Assembly (NCBI RefSeq): GCF_001194135.2
Contig: NC_068982.1
Location: forward strand, 41,386,366 to 41,450,365
DNA from: Octopus bimaculoides
Lineage: Eukaryota
Direction of reading: 5' to 3'
Length of the DNA stretch: 64,000 bases
Under the pieces are notes generated by a model. It was not told the DNA's origin. It was given only the letters and a program-made list of their open reading frames with translations, and did not search any database. The translations under genes were made by a program, and so were the position numbers. Positions 60,739 through 64,000 of the stretch are shown here, piece after piece (within the stretch, counting starts at the first letter, position 1; the number at the start of each line of letters is the position of its first letter).

Positions 60739-61374
60739 GTAAGTACAATAAAGTGAATCTAAAACAGCAAGCAAGTGTGAGTGAAATAAGGAAATAGTTA
60801 AGTGTTAGTCATCAGTGGTCAACAAATAACAGTTTGAATATGTAGTAAATAAAATACAACTTGGCTAAAAAAATTTTTTTAAATGTAATGTTTGCCCCTC
60901 CTCCACTGATTGACAGCTGGTGTTGACGTGTTTAAGTCCCCATAACTTAGTGGTTTGGCAAAAGAGACTAATAGAATAAGTGTCAGGTTTAAAAAGGAAA
61001 TAAGTACTGGGGTCGATTAGTTCAATAAAACTCCCTCAAGGCAGTGCCACAACATGGCCAATATTACAAGGATGCTGAAGAATATACTTTGATGGGTAAT
61101 CAGAAATGATGAAAAATAGAACCTGTTGATTTAGAAGTATTTTCATAGATACTAATTCATTAAAAAAAATCTAGAATTAAAACCACTGATAATAATCATG
61201 GCCTGTTGTGGAGAAGGTTTTGCTATCATTTCTTGCTTGCTGTTGTAGAAATTGCATTATTGACATGAATGAAGGATACTGTTTCATAACTTAATCCTTA
61301 TGCATGACTTACTCTTCCTTTTCTTAAAAAGTTTTTTATTTTTAATTTCAATTTAATAAAAAAATTTTTTTCAG

Positions 61375-61458
61375 ATGGACACTACACTTCTGGCTAGCAG
61401 ACATCAAGAACTTCGATTACTTGCACTGAAATATGCAGAACTATCTTCTCTTTTAGAA
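61375..61458 (+). CDS. ANAPC4: ANAPC4 exon (MDTTLLASRHQELRLLALKYAELSSLLE)
   Basis: tttcag/gtaagt boundaries; 84 nt, phase 0/0. Confidence 0.9.
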
Positions 61459-62424
61459 GTAAGTACATTTCTTGGCAGTGAACTTACCATATATTGGGTT
61501 ATCCCATAAATAATGCGTTTTTTTGATACTTCTTTTATTTTACAAAATTCTCATTCATTGGACAATGAACTTTACTTGCGAAGACCTATTGAGGCAAGTG
61601 TAAACAAGCCATGATGTGGCCGGTGACAGTACCGCCTGATTGGCACTCGTGCCAGTAGAACGTTTAAAGCACATCCGAATGTAATTGTTGCCAGGGCCAC
61701 AGATTGGTAACAGTGTTGTTACCATCATCAACTGTCACTTAGATGATAGTAAAGGAATGTCATTATCGTTTTATCATCATTTTAACCTCTACTTTTCCAT
61801 GTTTACATGGCTTAGGCCAGATTTGTTCATGCAGATTTTCTATGGGTAGATGTTCTTCCCGTTGCCAATCCCCTGTCTGTTTCCAAGCAAGTTGATATTT
61901 TGCCCAATCCCAAGCATTTTTTTTACAGAAGATTGAAAACAAATGACACCATTTATAAGACGGTGACATTTGTTGGCAATTAGGATATGATGTAAAGACA
62001 AGTAGGTTCTAGAAGCATAATATTTATGCACACAACTGGACCCCTCTGTGAAGTGGTTGGTGTTCAAAAAGGGATCCAGCTGTAGAAATCATGTCAAAAC
62101 TGAGACACAGGAGCAAGACAAGATCTTTCAACCCATTGGATCCTCTCAAACCTTCCAACTCATGCCACAAGGAGAAGCAAACTTGATATATATATATGAT
62201 GGGCTTCAGTTTTTGTTTTCCAGATTCACTCACTATATTTTGGTTGGCCACTTGCCCTAAGTACTATATAGTAGGACTGAACCTGAAACCACACGATTCC
62301 AAAGCAATGTTAAATAATGATGATGTTCCTTTCAGAAACAAGTGTAAAAAATCTTAAATGCTTTTGATTACTCTGAATGAATGAAACACTATCTTTTATC
62401 AATGCTGTTTGGTAACTTTTCCAG

Positions 62425-62520
62425 TACTTGAACTCCACAATTCAGCAGATGACAGAAGCATGGGAAGATATTCTTATGGAAATGGATGACAAGTTGCTAA
62501 AGTTTGCTGAAGAGAAAAAG
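62425..62520 (+). CDS. ANAPC4: ANAPC4 exon (YLNSTIQQMTEAWEDILMEMDDKLLKFAEEK)
   Basis: EAWEDIL.EMD.KL.KF APC4 long-domain motif; 96 nt, phase 0/0. Confidence 0.95.
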
Positions 62521-63308
62521 GTTAGGAACTGGTGTAATCTTAGTTTTTATCTTCAGACTTCTTATATGAACACCTCTCTTTTATAGCTACTAAATTAATA
62601 TTGAATGCATAAGCATTTACTGAGTTGTAGAAGAACGCTGAGGATTGAACAAAAATCCAATATCTTCTGGTGATTTAATTTCTTCTTTATGTATAAGTCA
62701 TTTCTATATTCTTTGTTGACAGTTGCTCCAGTTGTTCTATTACACTGTGTAACATGATTTTTGTCCTTGAGTTGCAACCATTATTTCTTATTTGCTTATT
62801 CCTGGGAAGTATGAAAAATGGCTAATATTTCCTTCAAACTTTTCTTTTGTTGTGATATTCATTCAAACCCTAAAGAATCCCTCTCAACACATGACTATAA
62901 TGCTACCTCACTACTCCTGCTCATGATCAGAGATGCACATATTGTCAGCCACTAAGGGATATGCTCAAGTTGTTAAAGTCAAGCAATTGACAAGCAAATC
63001 TGTGGTATTGAGCAGAATATTTGCTATAACATTATTTCTGCCTCAGCAACTCAGTGCTGAATCTGTCTGAAATGTAATGGAAAATAGGTCAGTTTAAAAA
63101 AAACTTCGATGTTCAGGTCACAAAAGCAAAGTTTGAAGGGAATAATAGTAATTTCCTTTGATTTCTAGATAGAACCAAATAAGAAATAACACTTACTGAC
63201 CAAAGACAAAATAAGAAATTAAAATTTTGTTATACAGTGTTATTGATATATTTCTATATTATCTCTTGTAGTTTTAGCGTCTTAACATTTGAAATATTTA
63301 ATTTACAG

Positions 63309-63382
63309 CAATGTGGTAGTTCCCGACCTGCAGTCTCTGTATCTACAGATCTTCTTGAAATGTTGCTCATGGGCAGAGCAAG
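63309..63382 (+). CDS. ANAPC4: ANAPC4 exon (QCGSSRPAVSVSTDLLEMLLMGRAS); gene continues beyond the window
   Basis: tttacag/gtaaat boundaries; 74 nt, phase 0/2. Confidence 0.88.
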
Positions 63383-63676
63383 GTAAATTACATTTACTAA
63401 ACTGCATTTCGTTGATGTCCTATTTACTCTGATGGTGTCTTTTGACTCCTTTCTGTGCCTCAAGGGTTTTTGATTAACAAAATAATCATTCTATGTTGCA
63501 GCACTGAACTTCGTCTATTTCTTCTACATGAACTGACAGAAAAGGTAAATGAATGTATTTTTTTACAATGGTAAATCTATTGACAAAATATGAAAATAGA
63601 AATATTTTCTGTTAATTTCATCATCGTAGTCGCTGTTGTTGTCATCATTATCATTTTAATGCCAACTTTTCCATGC

Positions 63677-64000
63677 AAGGAGGTAGACAGGGCTATTAGA
63701 CAAAAGAAACAGGCTTGGAAGGACTGGAAGAACGGTGGTAGCAGGGAATTGTACCAATGTGCCAGAAGGGAGGCAAGGTGACAGGTTTATTTAGCCAGAG
63801 GGGAAGCAGATAAGGAAAGATTTGCCAATGTTCTGCGCCGTGAGGACCAAAGACTCGAGGTATTTCGTGTTGCAAGACAGTGTAGGAGAGAGAATAGTGA
63901 TGTTGTAGGAGAGAAATGTGTTCGCATGGATGATGGTACGCTTGCATTAAATGAGGATGCAAAGAAAGAGGTCTGGAGATGCCACTACGATAGATTGCTT
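63677..64000 (+). mobile_element. RTE-clade LINE ORF fragment (EN-RT linker region), truncated by the window end
   Basis: EVDRAIRQKKQAWKDWKNGG...RENSDVVGEKCVRMDDG...KKEVWRCHYDRLL, with one internal stop. Confidence 0.75.

Overview
AT-rich, microsatellite- and SINE-dense eukaryotic genomic DNA with four N-gaps (78-399, 5597-5606, 12229-12892, 47772-48231). The repeat families suggest a cephalopod, probably Octopus (inference). Three spliced genes were reconstructed by hand from GT-AG boundaries and phase continuity. (1) The 3' end of an unidentified + strand gene (coding exons 3765?-15929). (2) A complete ARHGAP19-like RhoGAP on the - strand (12 coding exons, 44906 to 27003, about 618 aa). (3) The first nine coding exons of ANAPC4 (APC/C subunit 4) on the + strand (55620-63382, continuing beyond the window). 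ARHGAP19 and ANAPC4 are head-to-head around a likely bidirectional promoter near 51.1-51.3 kb. Almost all ORFs in the supplied track are repeat- or gap-derived. Mobile DNA includes tRNA-derived SINEs, RTE and CR1/L2-like LINE fragments, two adjacent Tc1/mariner relics, and mariner-, pogo- and piggyBac-type MITEs. The most unusual signal lies between the two convergent genes (16.6-21.5 kb). It holds three different minimal type-I hammerhead-ribozyme motifs of the Penelope/retrozyme kind, two of them arranged as palindromic inverted pairs with a hammerhead on each strand, plus a perfect 90-bp fold-back element. All hammerhead copies seen carry at least one core defect, so activity is unproven.
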